Shown here piece by piece: positions 38,965 through 51,224 of a stretch of DNA of 64,000 nucleotides. This stretch comes from Vicugna vicugna. Taxonomy: Eukaryota. Below the pieces are notes generated by a model. The model was given only the letters and a program-made list of their open reading frames with translations, had not been told where the DNA came from and made no database searches. Every line of letters begins with the position of its first letter. The first letter of the stretch is position 1. The translations under genes and the position numbers were made by a program. The stretch lies in the NCBI GenBank assembly GCA_013265495.1, contig MU058213.1:1426001-1490000 (forward strand). Reading direction: 5' to 3'.

Positions 38965-40730
38965 ATTTTTTCTTACCATCTTAACTATTTTTAAGTGTAA
39001 AGTGGCAACTATATACACCTTGTTGTGCAGCAGATCTCTACAACTTGTTCATCTTGAAGAACTAAAACTCTGTACTCATTGAACAACATATTCCTTTTTC
39101 TCCCTCCCCCAACCCCCCAATAACCACCATCCTATTTTCCGTTTCTTAGAGTTTGGCTATTTCAAATGCCTCACCTAAGAGGAATCATGCTGTCTTAGAC
39201 TTTTCTGTAACTAGTTTATTTCAGTTGGAATAATGTCCTCAAGATTCATTCAAGTTGTATCATGTGACAGGATCTCCTTCTTTTTAAAGGCCAAATAATA
39301 TTCCGCTGTAGGTATATGCCACATTTTCTTTATCCATTCAACTGTAAATGGACATTTACATTACTTTCACCTCTTGAGTATTGTGAAGAATTGCAGTGAA
39401 GATGGGTGTGCAAATATCTCTTCAAGGTCCTGTCTTCAGTCCTTTTGTGTATATACAAGAAGTGGGATTGATAGATCACATGGTAATTCTATTTTTAATT
39501 TTTCGAGAAACCTCTGTACTGTTTTCCACAGCAGCCATACAATTCTACATTCTCATACAGTATGCAAGTTTTCCAATTTCTCTGCATTCTTGCCAACATT
39601 TGTTATTTTCTGGGCTTTTTGCTTGTTTGATTTATGTTTTTTTTTCACCATATCCACTTGATATTTAATATTATAGTGATTAAATATTCAAAAATTGCGT
39701 GAACACTTCTTTTTTTAATGGTCAGAAATTTTATATTGTTTTTCCCTCCTTGAAAATAAAATATTCATTTTACTACCCCCCACAGAATGATTAATGTTTT
39801 TTGATAGAGGCCATCCTAGTAGGTATGAGGTGATATCCTGTGATGGTTTTGATTTGCATTTTCCTGATGATTAATGATGTTGAGCATATTTCCACATGCT
39901 TGTTGATCATTTATGTATCTTGGAGAAATGTCTATTTAAGTAGTATTTGATTTTTCTTGTTGAATTGTAGAAATTCTTGATATATTCTTGCTATTAACCT
40001 TTTGTCAGCTACATGATTTGCAAATATCTTCTTCCATTCCATAGGTTGCTTTTTGATTCTGTTGATTGCCTCCTCTTTGAATAGAAGTTTGTAAGTTAGT
40101 TATAGTCCTGTTTGTGTGTTCTTGCTTTTATTGTCTGTCCTTTTGGTGTCATATCCAAGAAATAACTGTCAAATCCAATGTTATGAAGGTTTTCCCTATG
40201 TTTTCCTTTGGGAGATTTGTAGCTTTAAGTCTTACGTTTTGGTCTTTAATCCATTTTGAGTTAATTTTTGTATGTGGTATAAGGTAAGGGTCCAGCTTCA
40301 TTCCGCTGGTGGATATGAAGTTTTCTACACACCATTTGTTGAAGAGACTATCCTTTTCCCATTGTGTAGCCTGGGCAGCATTGTCAGAGATCATCTCACC
40401 ATATATGTGAGGATTTATTTCTGGGATCTCTTTTGTTCCATTAATCTATGTGTCTTTATTTATGCTGGAACTATTCTGTGTTGACTACTGTAGCTTTGTC
40501 TCCTCTTTCATTTCTGATTTTTCTTATTTGAGTTTCTTTTTTTTTTTCCTTAGGTTGTCTAAGGATTTGTCAATTTTGCTGATCTTTAAAAAAAAGCTCT
40601 TAAGTTTTTAAATTTTTCTATTGTTTTTCTATTCTCTATTTCATTTGTTTCTACTTTAATCTTTATTATTTCCTTCCATCTGCTAACTTTGGGTTTAATT
40701 TGTTCTCCTTTTTTTAGTCCTTGTGGTGTA
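38965..40730 (-). mobile_element. L1MB-like element (3' UTR + partial ORF2) nested in an older L1ME-like remnant
   Basis: ccatcttaactatttttaagtgta...gcagatctctacaact 3' end; ORF2 remnants QWEKDSLFNKWC (40149-40394) and KPKVSRWKEIIKIK (40586-40786). Confidence 0.85.
39628..39802 (-). pseudogene. Short orphan retroposed insert with TSDs
   Basis: Non-L1 ~145 bp; ATTAAA 18 nt before A9 on the minus strand; 14/15 TSD at 39628-39642 and 39788-39802. Confidence 0.7.
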
Positions 40731-42711
40731 GATATATCATCTTTTAAAATAACAATAAAATATTTTATCATGGGGATATACCACAATTTATGAAATCTTT
40801 TGATTTAGACCATTTATTTAAATGCTAAAAATATGATTGATCAGGGTTTTACAAAAGATTTTTCTAAACAAATAAAATAAGTCTCATTTTCTTGGCCAAA
40901 CATGTGGGGAGCTGTGCTATGAAAAGAAATCTGGATTTTGTTCCAGTGCTGTGAGAAACATTGGAAGATTTAAGGAAAATGGACTCAAAGCTAGACTTGG
41001 AGCATCAACTTCTTGTATGGCTCTACCTGTCAAGAACTTAGGATTTAATTGGAGCAGCAAAACCTCTGCACAATAGTAATACAGTTAGGTTTGCCTTAGA
41101 GTTTTTTATGAACTCTTTTTTCTATTATATTTGAATCTCAAAACAGCCTTGTGAACTCAGCAGGGCAGATAAGGAAACTATAAATTATTTATACAAGTCA
41201 GTCCTTGATTCTAGGCTTATTCTTCTCCCTACATGACTACCTTGGGTACTCTTATTGATTCACCAGGAAGCCAATACTATCTGGCCCTTGCCCCAGGTTG
41301 AGCTATACACTATCTCCCCCTGAGGATGCCTCTCTACCTTGCATATGCTTTTTTTTTTTTACTGTATGCATTTTGCACATATTTGATGGTGTGAGTTTTT
41401 ATATTAATGACCTTGTGTGAGAGACTATGCTTTTGCCTTCCCCTGTGCCCTAGATAAACAAAATGGGCATTCAAACCTGTGTGTGTTGAATGAATGAATG
41501 CTAGCTCTGTGGCACTAACTTGTGAAGGGGAGGCAAGATGGACATGTACTGGTGAGTGGAGGAGAGCCTCATAGACAAAGGCACTTGGGTTTGCCTCTGG
41601 AAATGAGAGGGAAACACCTCAGGCAAGAGGTCCAGGTAAGCAGAGGCACTTCTGGCTCCTGCATCTACTGAGCATGGTGTGTGTGAGCAGGGCAGGTGAG
41701 GGGCAGTGGGGAAAGAGTGTGCCCGGGGGGGCAGTTGATGCCCAGGAGCAGGAGTGATATGGCTGGAAAAGGAGCTGAACCCAGAGAGTGGAGCGCTATG
41801 AATGCCAGGATCTGGAGTGGGAGTTAATTGGGTAGACAGTGAGGAGAGCCAATGAGGGTTTCTAAGTTGGGACAATCACATGATAAAGCATATAGGAAGT
41901 TTGAGCTGACCCTTGAGGACTTCAAGAAAGAGAGAAGCCAGCATGTGTGAGAGAAGCCAGGAGGGATTTTTCACAGTTTGGGCTTCAGGTAATAAGTTCT
42001 TAGGGGAAGGTGGTGGGAATGGGAGGGGAAGACACAGAGCAGTGACAGAGCATTGGGCAGGCTCCCATGCCAAAGGGAGCCTTCACTATCCCTGGGGAAG
42101 TTGGTGTGATTTATCTGTGGATCCAGATCCTGGTTCTGTCACTCACTGGGCTGTTTTGAGGATTGAGAGAGATAACATATTTGAAGTATCTGAATGCAGT
42201 GTGTTGAGCAAGTGATATCTGTTGCTTATCACCAGGAGTAGAAGTCTGAGCACTTCTGCTCACTGCATCTTGGTATTCGAGTTGCCAAGGAAAACACAAG
42301 ATGGTCAAGCACTGGATGGAACAATGCTTAATTCATATAGAAAAGAGACAGAGCAAGATCAACTTCAGTAGTGAGGGTTAGTCCCTTGTAGTCAGCAAAG
42401 TCCCTCCTGGCATTTGATGGAAGGCCATTGGCCTGCATGTACCCCTCTTGTGCTGCAGCAAAAGGACCCCATCCCCTCCCTGCAGGAGTGAGCTGGTCAG
42501 GTGCCATATGAGGCATGCCCTTAAGCAGAACAAAGGAGCACATATGAAGACTGAACAGGGAATTATGTTCCCACACAAGGTGGTAAGCCCAGAACAGGCT
42601 TGTGAGGGGCTTCTTATCTCTTGGTAAGGAAGTGCTTTAGGCCCAAGAAAGACTGCATGCATGCGACTGCCTTCCCATTAGTAAGCCATCAATATACACC
42701 TGCCGATGGGT

Positions 42712-43068
42712 TGGTGTGGTGGTTAGGAGCATGGACTTTGAAGTCCGACCTGGGATTAAGCCTAATTTGTAAGTTTCACAAACATTGAAACTGTATCTGC
42801 CTTGTTCATTTTGGCTTTTCAAGAGGGCCTGCCTCAGTGCCTGTTATGTGGTTGGTGATGTGTAAATAAACTCTGGCTACATTATTTACTAGTTTCATGC
42901 CTTTGGGCAAAATTAATCTCAGTCCCCATCTTAAAATGGGGAGAATAATAGTAGCTAACTGATAAGATTTGGGTGAGAATTAAATGAATTAATAAATGTA
43001 AAACACTCAGCAAAGTGCCTTGTACACAGTAAGCCTTAGTCAATGTTAGTAGCTTTATTATTATTAAC
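42712..43068 (+). mobile_element. MIR SINE interrupted by a ~100-bp L2-tail-like insert (42771-42871)
   Basis: gtgtggtggttaggagcatggact head; gtgagaattaaatgaattaataaatgtaaaacactcagc tail. Confidence 0.75.
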
Positions 43069-44099
43069 ATCATTTTATTAATCTGGAACAAGCTGTGGGG
43101 TTTATGGGAAAGAGAAAAGGAGCTAGCTAAATCAGTTGCACTAAGGAAATCTCAGCCCCCGTGGAAATGGAATGTTTTGAACAGTGTAATGACCAGTACA
43201 TTACTGTCCTGCATGTTTCCCTATTCAGAAAATTATAGGATTCACATGTGCACTCAGCTTTATTTGCAAATGATGGAGTCACAGATTATCTAGCCAGAGT
43301 TATCAAGGGTCATTCTGGTTTTTCACAGTATTCATAACTTCCCAATTGCAAAGAATGGATTTCTGTGACAGATCTTTTGTCAGTGAGTTGGCATGTTTTT
43401 GTTAGCTAATTCAAGTAGTCCTCATGCTTCTGTGGGCATTTTAAACTCTTTAAACATCGTAACTGTTCTCTCATTTCAATCACTAGTGCTTCAGCAACAA
43501 TCACGGTAACTACTTAAAGGGAATTTTTAAAAAAGGGAGTACGTTGTTCTAAGTCCCCTGGGAATTGTGTGAAAAAGAAGGTGAATGAATGGGCAACACA
43601 AAGCATAGCATTTTATTGACAGGCATTTGGAGGAAATCTGTGCACTACACTATGACAATCCAACATTGCAAAATTATCTTTGGAGAGTCTAAGGAAATGA
43701 GTCTTCATTGGTAGTATATATTACACTCTTGATTTTGACAAACTACCTGCCTTTGAAGTACACACAGAATGTACTTATAGTGTATTTACAATGTGTTAAT
43801 AGTGCGCTGATCTTTCACTGTGCAGTATTCCTTAACAAGAGATCCTGTTGGGAATTTGCTAATGAACTGAATCTACATAAATATCCCAGAATTAAAGATG
43901 CTTAATAAATGTATTGTAACTGAGTACTTAATAAGTTAAAAGGGACTTCCATACCCATTTGAATATGACAGAATGAGTTTTGAACTAAAGACCTGATGAA
44001 GTGTAATTTTCTGATCGTTCCAGCCAATACTGATCTGAATTTGGTCAGCTCCATTCCATCTAGGTGGTTGTACTATTAACTGAATGAGCTGGTAGTAGG

Positions 44100-44320
44100 G
44101 ATATCAGAATCATAGAGAATTGGGTTTATACCCTGGGTCTACCACTTAGTTGTTGTAGCCTTGTGCATCAAGGCTTATCTCCCTAGGACTTTTTTCTCTT
44201 CTGTAGTGTGGGGAAAATACTACATATTTTGTAGTTTTGTTGTGAGGATAAATGAGGTCATGTTTGTAAAAAATGCTAAGCACAGAGAATGTAGCATGTA
44301 GTCAATGCTCAGGAAAGAGA
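44100..44320 (+). mobile_element. MIR SINE
   Basis: tctaccacttagttgttgtagccttg...gttgtgaggataaatgaggtcatg. Confidence 0.7.
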
Positions 44321-46138
44321 AGCAAGTATTATGTGATCTTTATTACTAGAGACAGAGAAGTACATTGTTTGAATTACAAAAGTGTGAGTAGATCAAAGTA
44401 TGCTGGGGAGTCTGTGAAGTGAGGGTAGCAGCAGTCTGTAACGGTTTCTATCACTTGCATGAACAGAACTGAAGTGTTCAAGACTGTCATGAAATCTTAT
44501 GGAAGAGTCCCAGAGAACTGGACTGTCCAGATCTTTTCATCCTGCTAAAATGATTGCCATTATAGGGTCTGTCGATCTCAACAACAAAACAACTTGCTAA
44601 CAGTGTAAAAGTTGGCTAATCAAATAACTATTAAATTGATGCTTTGACTGCCAAGATGTATGATGCCAAACCTTTGGTTTGGCCATCTCTCTCTCTCTTT
44701 TTTTTTTTTTTAACTTAATTAACTGATTTTTGTGGGTTGAATTGGCTGCTATTACATAGATGCAGCCATCAGCCTGGGTATACATGTGTATAAGAAATGT
44801 GTATTTAACTTATGGCAGAGGGACAAATAAGAAATTTGTCTTATTTCTTGAATTGAAATTATAGCGAAACAATAGTTATTAAGTTCATGCCAAAGGCTTG
44901 TCAAATAACAGATAAGAAATTGATATTGGGTGGGGAGGAAGAGAAGGTAATGCGTTAATAAGTAAAATAGGTTGCTGCTATTCCAACTATCAATCTGTTG
45001 GATTTATATAGATTTTTGAATCCCATAAATCTGTCTATTCACCAACTGTTGTTATTGTTATAAACAACTGAAAATGTTAATTGATAAGACGATTCTCGAT
45101 GTTCAAGATTTTCTTGTACAAAAAAGCAAACAAATACTGGATAATTTCTGTTTATTTTATTCAGGATTTCATGTTTCTTCATCACCTTTATTCAATATAG
45201 AAAAAATATGAAATAATTTTTGGAAATATACCAGGCTCAGGTCTATGTACAAAAATAAATTACTGCTTAAGGGGCCAGAAGACAAGGTGATATTATGTGG
45301 TTAATTTGCTCAGTTATGAAAGGACCTCCAGGGTATTGGGTTATGAAAAACACTGGTTATTTTGAGAGAAAATGGAGACAGATTGGGTGGGTTTTAAACA
45401 CTTTCTGACGTGTTTAGTATTGAATGTGATCTTCAGGCTGGGTAGGGGTGGGGAGTCTGTGTCCCATTGTCTCCTCTGTCCACTTTGGGAAAGTGCTCCT
45501 TCCTTTGACTGTACTCTGAACACGGGCATTTCTCTAGATTGCTTTCTTGGAAATGGCAATGGAAAATGGTAGCAATAATAGGTTTTCAGGTGCTTGGCGG
45601 TGAATCATGCCATTTTATAAATTCATCTCCTTACACTTTATTTCCTTGCTGTGAGATAATTTAGATGAATGTCAGCAAGGGAAAAAGAAAGTGATTGGTG
45701 ATTCCACCTCCCCCAATAAAGCAAATTCCTAATTTTCTGTCTTTTATCTTTTGCCATTCTTTTGTGCTCCTCTTTGGCCTTGTCAAAACATATCGTTCAG
45801 TTAGAGACTAAAAATATTTTCCCATCGATTGGGGTTATTGATTTTTTTTAATCTGTACTTTGGCTTGAAGAGCGTGGGTGAAGGGTGAAAGTTCACCAGC
45901 TTAGTCTGCCGTTTTATCTGGACAGCAGAAAAATGTATTGGCAGCAGATTTGATTTACCTTGTTGGGCAGTTGTAGACACTTCAGCCACTGAAGACAACC
46001 CTGTAGCATGTCTTGCTGCTGCTTTTTTTTTTTTTTTTTTTGGTAAACCAGGAACTCTGGAAAGATCTACCTTCCTATTGATTTTGTCTCTCTGTTTCCA
46101 AGGCAGAGTATTTTTTTTTTCTTTTTTAGGACTCCAAA

Positions 46139-46310
46139 TTAGGCCTTTAGGTGATGTCATGATGCTTTTTGGACTCATGGTAAATAAAACAGGATTCATG
46201 TGTCTGCTGGGGTTTGGCTACTCTGTGCATTTGACTTACAGTCTTAGATCATGTTCATTCACGATGTCACAGCAGAATCTGATGTGACTGGATCAAATTT
46301 GCTGAGATCT
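46139..46310 (+). repeat. 172-bp dispersed duplication, copy 1 (probable donor)
   Basis: 166/172 identical to 47201-47372, ungapped. Confidence 0.97.
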
Positions 46311-46479
46311 CCCGTCTTTCTATTATAGCTGGTCAGGCACATGTGCTCAGGGCAGTGTTTAACTCCTAGTCTGTGACCTAAGATGGCATGTAAAACTTCC
46401 TAATGAACACCAGGAGCATGTAAGGTGACACCATAGCCATTGTTGGAGAGGAAGAACAGTGTTGTGACTGAGAATGGCT

Positions 46480-46705
46480 TCTTTCTATTAGAGTCCCAGC
46501 CTTAGTACTTGCCAGCTAGGTGGCCCTAAGAAAGTTGCCTGATCTCTTGGTACTTTAGTTTTTCTCATCTGTAAAATGGACATAGAAATTTTACCTATTT
46601 CATCAAGTGGTTGTAGGTTCACATCAATAAATACATATAAAAGTCCTAGAACAGGGCCTGATAGATTGGAAAATCTCAGTAAATGTAAGCAATTACTATG
46701 ATTAT
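46480..46705 (+). mobile_element. MIR SINE
   Basis: tttagttttctcatctgtaaaatgg...aaagtcctagaacagggcctg. Confidence 0.75.
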
Positions 46706-47113
46706 TGACAAGGAAGCTGAGATTGGTGTGTGTATGTGTGTTATGTAACACAGAGAAGTTTACACAGAAGAAAGAAAGAACTGATTCTCAGTATAGGGAT
46801 TTTGGTCCAGTGCCACAGCTGGCCTCCTGCTTGGTGCCACAATTCTAACAACGTGGCCTTGACCATTTGATTGGTTCCTTCTTGTATTGGGTGTGGAGGT
46901 TGTAGAGTGAAACCTGAGGTTGCTGGACTCACACTGCTCTGTGGAGAGTAAGTCTGTATTTTTGACCCTGCCTTTGTATAGCTGGGGGACTTTACCCTCA
47001 CTTTTGGGTCAGCCTCACCCACAACCTAGGACAGTCAGTCATTCAACCTGAGGTCCAGAATACTTAATGCCCAGAGGACAAGCCTCCCTCAGAGAGGAAG
47101 CACTGTGGTAGGT

Positions 47114-47420
47114 ACAATGGTTCTAGAACTTCAGGGTGTATAGAATCACCTAGAGAGGACCTGATTCAGGATTGCTGGGCCTGTGTGTTTAACAAGCATC
47201 TTAGGCCTTTAGGTGATGTCACGATGCTTTTTGGACTCGTGGTAAGTAAAACAGGATTCATGTGTCTGCTGGGGTTTGGCTACTCTGTGCATTTGACTTA
47301 CAGTCTTAGATCATGTTCATTCATGATGTCACAGCAGAATCTGACATGACTGGATCAAATTTGCTGAGATCTGGGTGACCTGGATGCAGCTATTATCCAT
47401 CTGTACTTTGAGAAGCATTA
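47114..47420. mobile_element. MER5-family MITE interrupted by the 172-bp copy
   Basis: caatggttctagaacttcagggtgtatagaatcacctag...tttaacaagcatc | gggtgacctggatgcag...actttgagaagcatt. Confidence 0.75.
47201..47372 (+). repeat. 172-bp dispersed duplication, copy 2 (inserted)
   Basis: 166/172 identical to 46139-46310. Confidence 0.97.
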
Positions 47421-47424
47421 ATAC

Positions 47425-47597
47425 AGTAGAAAGAGCTTGGGCTCTGGACATGGAATGACTTGGGTTTGAATTTGCTTATTAGTTGTTTATGTGGGCAAGT
47501 CATTTAATCTCTCTGAGCCTCAACCAGTGAACTAATAATATATTGAAAGTGTTTAGCACAGTGCCTTACACCTAGGATATGTTCCATAAATGTTAAA
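47425..47597 (+). mobile_element. MIR SINE
   Basis: gtagaaagagcttgggctctgga...gggcaagtcatttaatctctctgagcctca. Confidence 0.75.
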
Positions 47598-48599
47598 ATT
47601 TGCATCCCCTTCTCTGGTTCTATTTGCTGTCTTGGACTCCAGAGAATCTCATGCTTTGTTGCAATTAATTTGTCTTAACTTCTCCTTGACTCATGCCTGT
47701 TGTTGATTTCCTGTCTGAAGTACACTTGCTCTTACTGTCGGCTTGTAAACACTTTCCTGTTTAGATGAGGGTGACCTTATTCCTGTAAGCCTTTGCTCTT
47801 TCTTTTAGTTATCTGTCCTTAATGACATCCTGGTGGCATTCCCACATCTGGGTTGGGTCTTTTGTGCAGCTTTGCAGATTAGGGTTCCCTTTGCCTTTCC
47901 TTGGCCAGCTGGACTTTGGATCTAGTAATGCTGGAGCCAGATCTTGCCTCTGTCTGCGACACAGCTAAGGCATCTCTTTCCTCACCCCCTATTTGGTTCC
48001 TAGTGTTGGCATTTCTTGCGTGTTCTATCTATCTCCCAGTTACACAGCCAGGTGCTCTTGTGATCTGACCCTCAGAGGACAAATCATCTAGCTAGCTCAG
48101 GTTAGCAGATGTATCAGCTTATAATGGGCCAATGACTTTTTTTTATTCTTCATATCTCACTTAGCTAGATGGTCAAGGCTGTATCTTACGTGAAACTGAA
48201 GGCACTGAATTAAACTGATGTCAAAACAGTTGTTCATTTGGTCTCTTCACTCAGACACACAGTAAGTTGTGAGTGTAGGGAAATGTAATATCATTTGTTT
48301 AGTCAATTCAGTCCAAATTACATTTGTCTATAAACATAGTCTTTAGCTTTAACAGACCTAAAAGACCTATTGACCAAAGAAAATTAGAGGAGTGCTGGTC
48401 TTATAAGCAGGTACCATGTGAAATGCCACTAACACAAGACACAAAGCAAAGTCTTGTAGAAATAAGGTCAACACCACTAAAACAGGAATGAACTGTCAAT
48501 TTGCAAAAAACCTAATGGAAAACTAGAAAAATATCCTGGAAATATATTTAAGGCATAGACAAAGCGATATCCTTTTACTTTTTATTAGCAAGGGAGATA

Positions 48600-48759
48600 A
48601 TACTCTCAGCAGGTCATTGGATTTAGGACTAACCCGAATCTAGGATGCTTTCATCTCAAGACCTTTAATTATATCTTCAAAGACCCTATTTCCCAATAAG
48701 GTCACATTCTGATGTTCTGAGTGGACATGAATTTTGGGGGGACACTATTATAGCACACA
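48600..48759 (-). mobile_element. MLT1C-like LTR fragment
   Basis: aaagaccctatttcccaataaggtcacattctg...gtggacatgaattttgggggacactatt. Confidence 0.75.
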
Positions 48760-49883
48760 GGGCCAGTAGGCTTAGTATAACTCCAACATTTGATGAAAAT
48801 CCAGAATCTGGACAGTATGAGGCTCTCTCTTCCTGCCTCTGTTCCGTTCTACTGTGAGAGCCTTCAGAGAAGGGACTTGTGTAGAGAGACTTGCATGGCA
48901 GGTGCTGAGTAAATATTTTCTGAAAGAGTAAACTAGGGATGGCAGGTCAGGACTAACAGAAGAAACTTGAGGATGAAGTCATTCTAATTAATACCCATTT
49001 CCACTTCTTCCATGGCAATTTAAATGTGCTATGAATGGTCAAAAATGTGAAACTACTCTTTTGTGGCTGGGTGGACCATTTGGATCACAATATTTAATCC
49101 ACTACAAAAACAATTTCCCTTTTGGAGGTAGATAAAACAGAATTGCATGCAATGTGGTAGTGTTCTGAGGGAACATCCAGATGTACCTTGGTGAAAACAT
49201 GCACTGAAACAGTATTCATATATTCTAGAGGATGAACTGTGTCATTGAGCAGGGAGAGAACCAGCACAATTAGTCAAACTCATAACAAATTTTGTTGACT
49301 GATAGTGGTTGAAAAGGACATTCAAAATGAATAAATTCATTAACTATTTTTAATCCTTTAAAAACAAGATAGATTCACACATCTTGAGTGGTTTAAAGCT
49401 ATAGTCACAAAGTGACAAACAGGTGCATAAAGACAGAAGCATTCACTCCATTTGGGTATGGACCCTCTTACTAGTCCCAGAAAATTGACCTATTTTATTG
49501 CATCCTTTTTACAGCCAATTTCAGGTGGCTGAATTGAGTATATTTTTCATTCTGACTTGTTGACTTCTGGCCCATTAAGGCAACCAATACAATTAGGCAG
49601 GTTTTCTGTTGCTTTGCCTCCTGACAGAGCATCTGATTGGCTCACAGCTCTTGCTAAGTGACAGGCCTTCCACAACTGTAGATCATCTTTCTTAAAGGGA
49701 TCTGATCTTCTATTCTCTCTTTAAAATGCCTGCATTTTTTTCTGGCTATACTTAGGCTTGGATTTCAGGGAGCTTCTCTTTCAAGTACTTGATTTTGGAT
49801 ATTTGAGGTTAGGACCTAGGCTGAATGATGAGTCAGCGGGGTTGCTAGGGTCCACATTTTGATGTAGTCCGTGGATTATCAAC

Positions 49884-50344
49884 TGTGGCAGCGTGAGTCA
49901 TGGACCACCAAAGATATTCACATCCTAATCTCTTGAACCTTATATGGCAAAGAACGACTTTGAAGATGTGATTAACCTAAGACTCTTGAGATGGAGAGAT
50001 TATCCTAGATTGTCCAGGTGGGCCCTAAATGCAATCATATGTATCCTTAAAAGAGGGAGATTTGACACAGACACACCCAAAAAGAAAGCCATGTAAAAGA
50101 AGCAGAGGAAGGAGTCTGAGAAAGCAGATGCTAGGCCAATGGCTTTGAAGACAGAGGAAGAGATTATGAGTCAAAGAATACAGCTCAAGAACCTAGAAAA
50201 GGCAAGGAAATAGATTCTTCCCAAGAGCCTCTGAACATCAGTGAAAGTGAATTTTGACTTCTGGCCTATAGAACTGTGAGAGAATAATTTCTGTTGAATT
50301 GAATTTGAGGTAATTTATTACATCAGCCATAGAAAACTTACACA
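49884..50344 (+). mobile_element. MaLR solo LTR (MLT1C/D-like)
   Basis: tgtggcag...gagatggagagattatcctagattgtccaggtgggccctaaatgcaatc...ttacatcagccatagaaaacttaca. Confidence 0.8.
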
Positions 50345-50727
50345 TCAAACAAGATCATTCCTGCAAGGACTAAATCCCTGGTTCTGAGAAAGGTACTTTG
50401 TAGGCAGATTGACATCAACTATACGACCCTTCATGTATTTGTGTACCCTTGTGTTTTCAAGGATAATTTTGAATGTGGTTTTTGACCTTCAACCTTCATC
50501 TGAGATATTGGCTGAAAATACTTGATGAGGTTTGCTGGATTAAAATGAGAGACTTCATAAACCTACATAACAATACAGTTTCCCTGGTCTATTAAAGCTT
50601 TTTATGTCAAGGTCACTCAACCCTGAATTTACTTATTAACCCTCATTTTCATTAGCTATGGGGACTCTTAGCACATCACTTACCTACACCTTCTTGAAAT
50701 TATCTCCTTCCTTGGAACTTCATTTTT

Positions 50728-51224
50728 TGTATTAGTTGGGGTTCTCTAGAGAAACAGAATCTATTTATCATCCTTCATAATCAATCTGTCTGTCTATCTA
50801 TCTATCTATCTATCTAGCTTAGTTATATATATGATTTAAATATATACATTATTATAAGAAATTGGCTTACATGATTGTGGAGGTTGACAAATCACAAGAT
50901 CAATATTTGGTCAGCTGGAGACCCAGAATAGCTGATGGTATAGTTTGCATCTGAGGGCAGAAAGAACCCATTCCCAGCTAAGGCATTCAGGCAAGAGGAG
51001 TTCCCTCTTACCTGTACAAGTGTCAGTCTTTTTTTTTTTTCTTTTCAAGCCTTTAATAAACTGCCCACAGACATTAGGAAGGGCAGTCTGCATTATTCAG
51101 TCTGTCAATTCAGATGTTAATCTCACCCAGAAATACCCTCACAGACTCACCAAGAATAGTGTTTGACCAGATAACTGGGTACCTTAGTGCACACTCCAGT
51201 TGACACATAAAATTAACAATAACA
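50728..51224 (-). mobile_element. MLT2 (ERVL) solo LTR with internal (TCTA)n
   Basis: tgtattagttggggttctctagagaaacagaa...gttgacacataaaattaacaataaca. Confidence 0.85.

Noticed and set aside
38641..39082. Ile/Tyr-rich ORFs
   Set aside because: Translations of (TA)-rich low-complexity repeat and L1 UTR.
39686..39700. Sm-site-like GCAATTTTTGA (minus strand) suggesting a U4 snRNA pseudogene
   Set aside because: Flanks do not match U4 or other snRNAs I can recall; likely chance in AT-rich sequence.
45801..46287. 132-aa and 69-aa ORFs near the duplication donor
   Set aside because: Poly-Lys and poly-Phe runs come from T-tracts; no coding signature.
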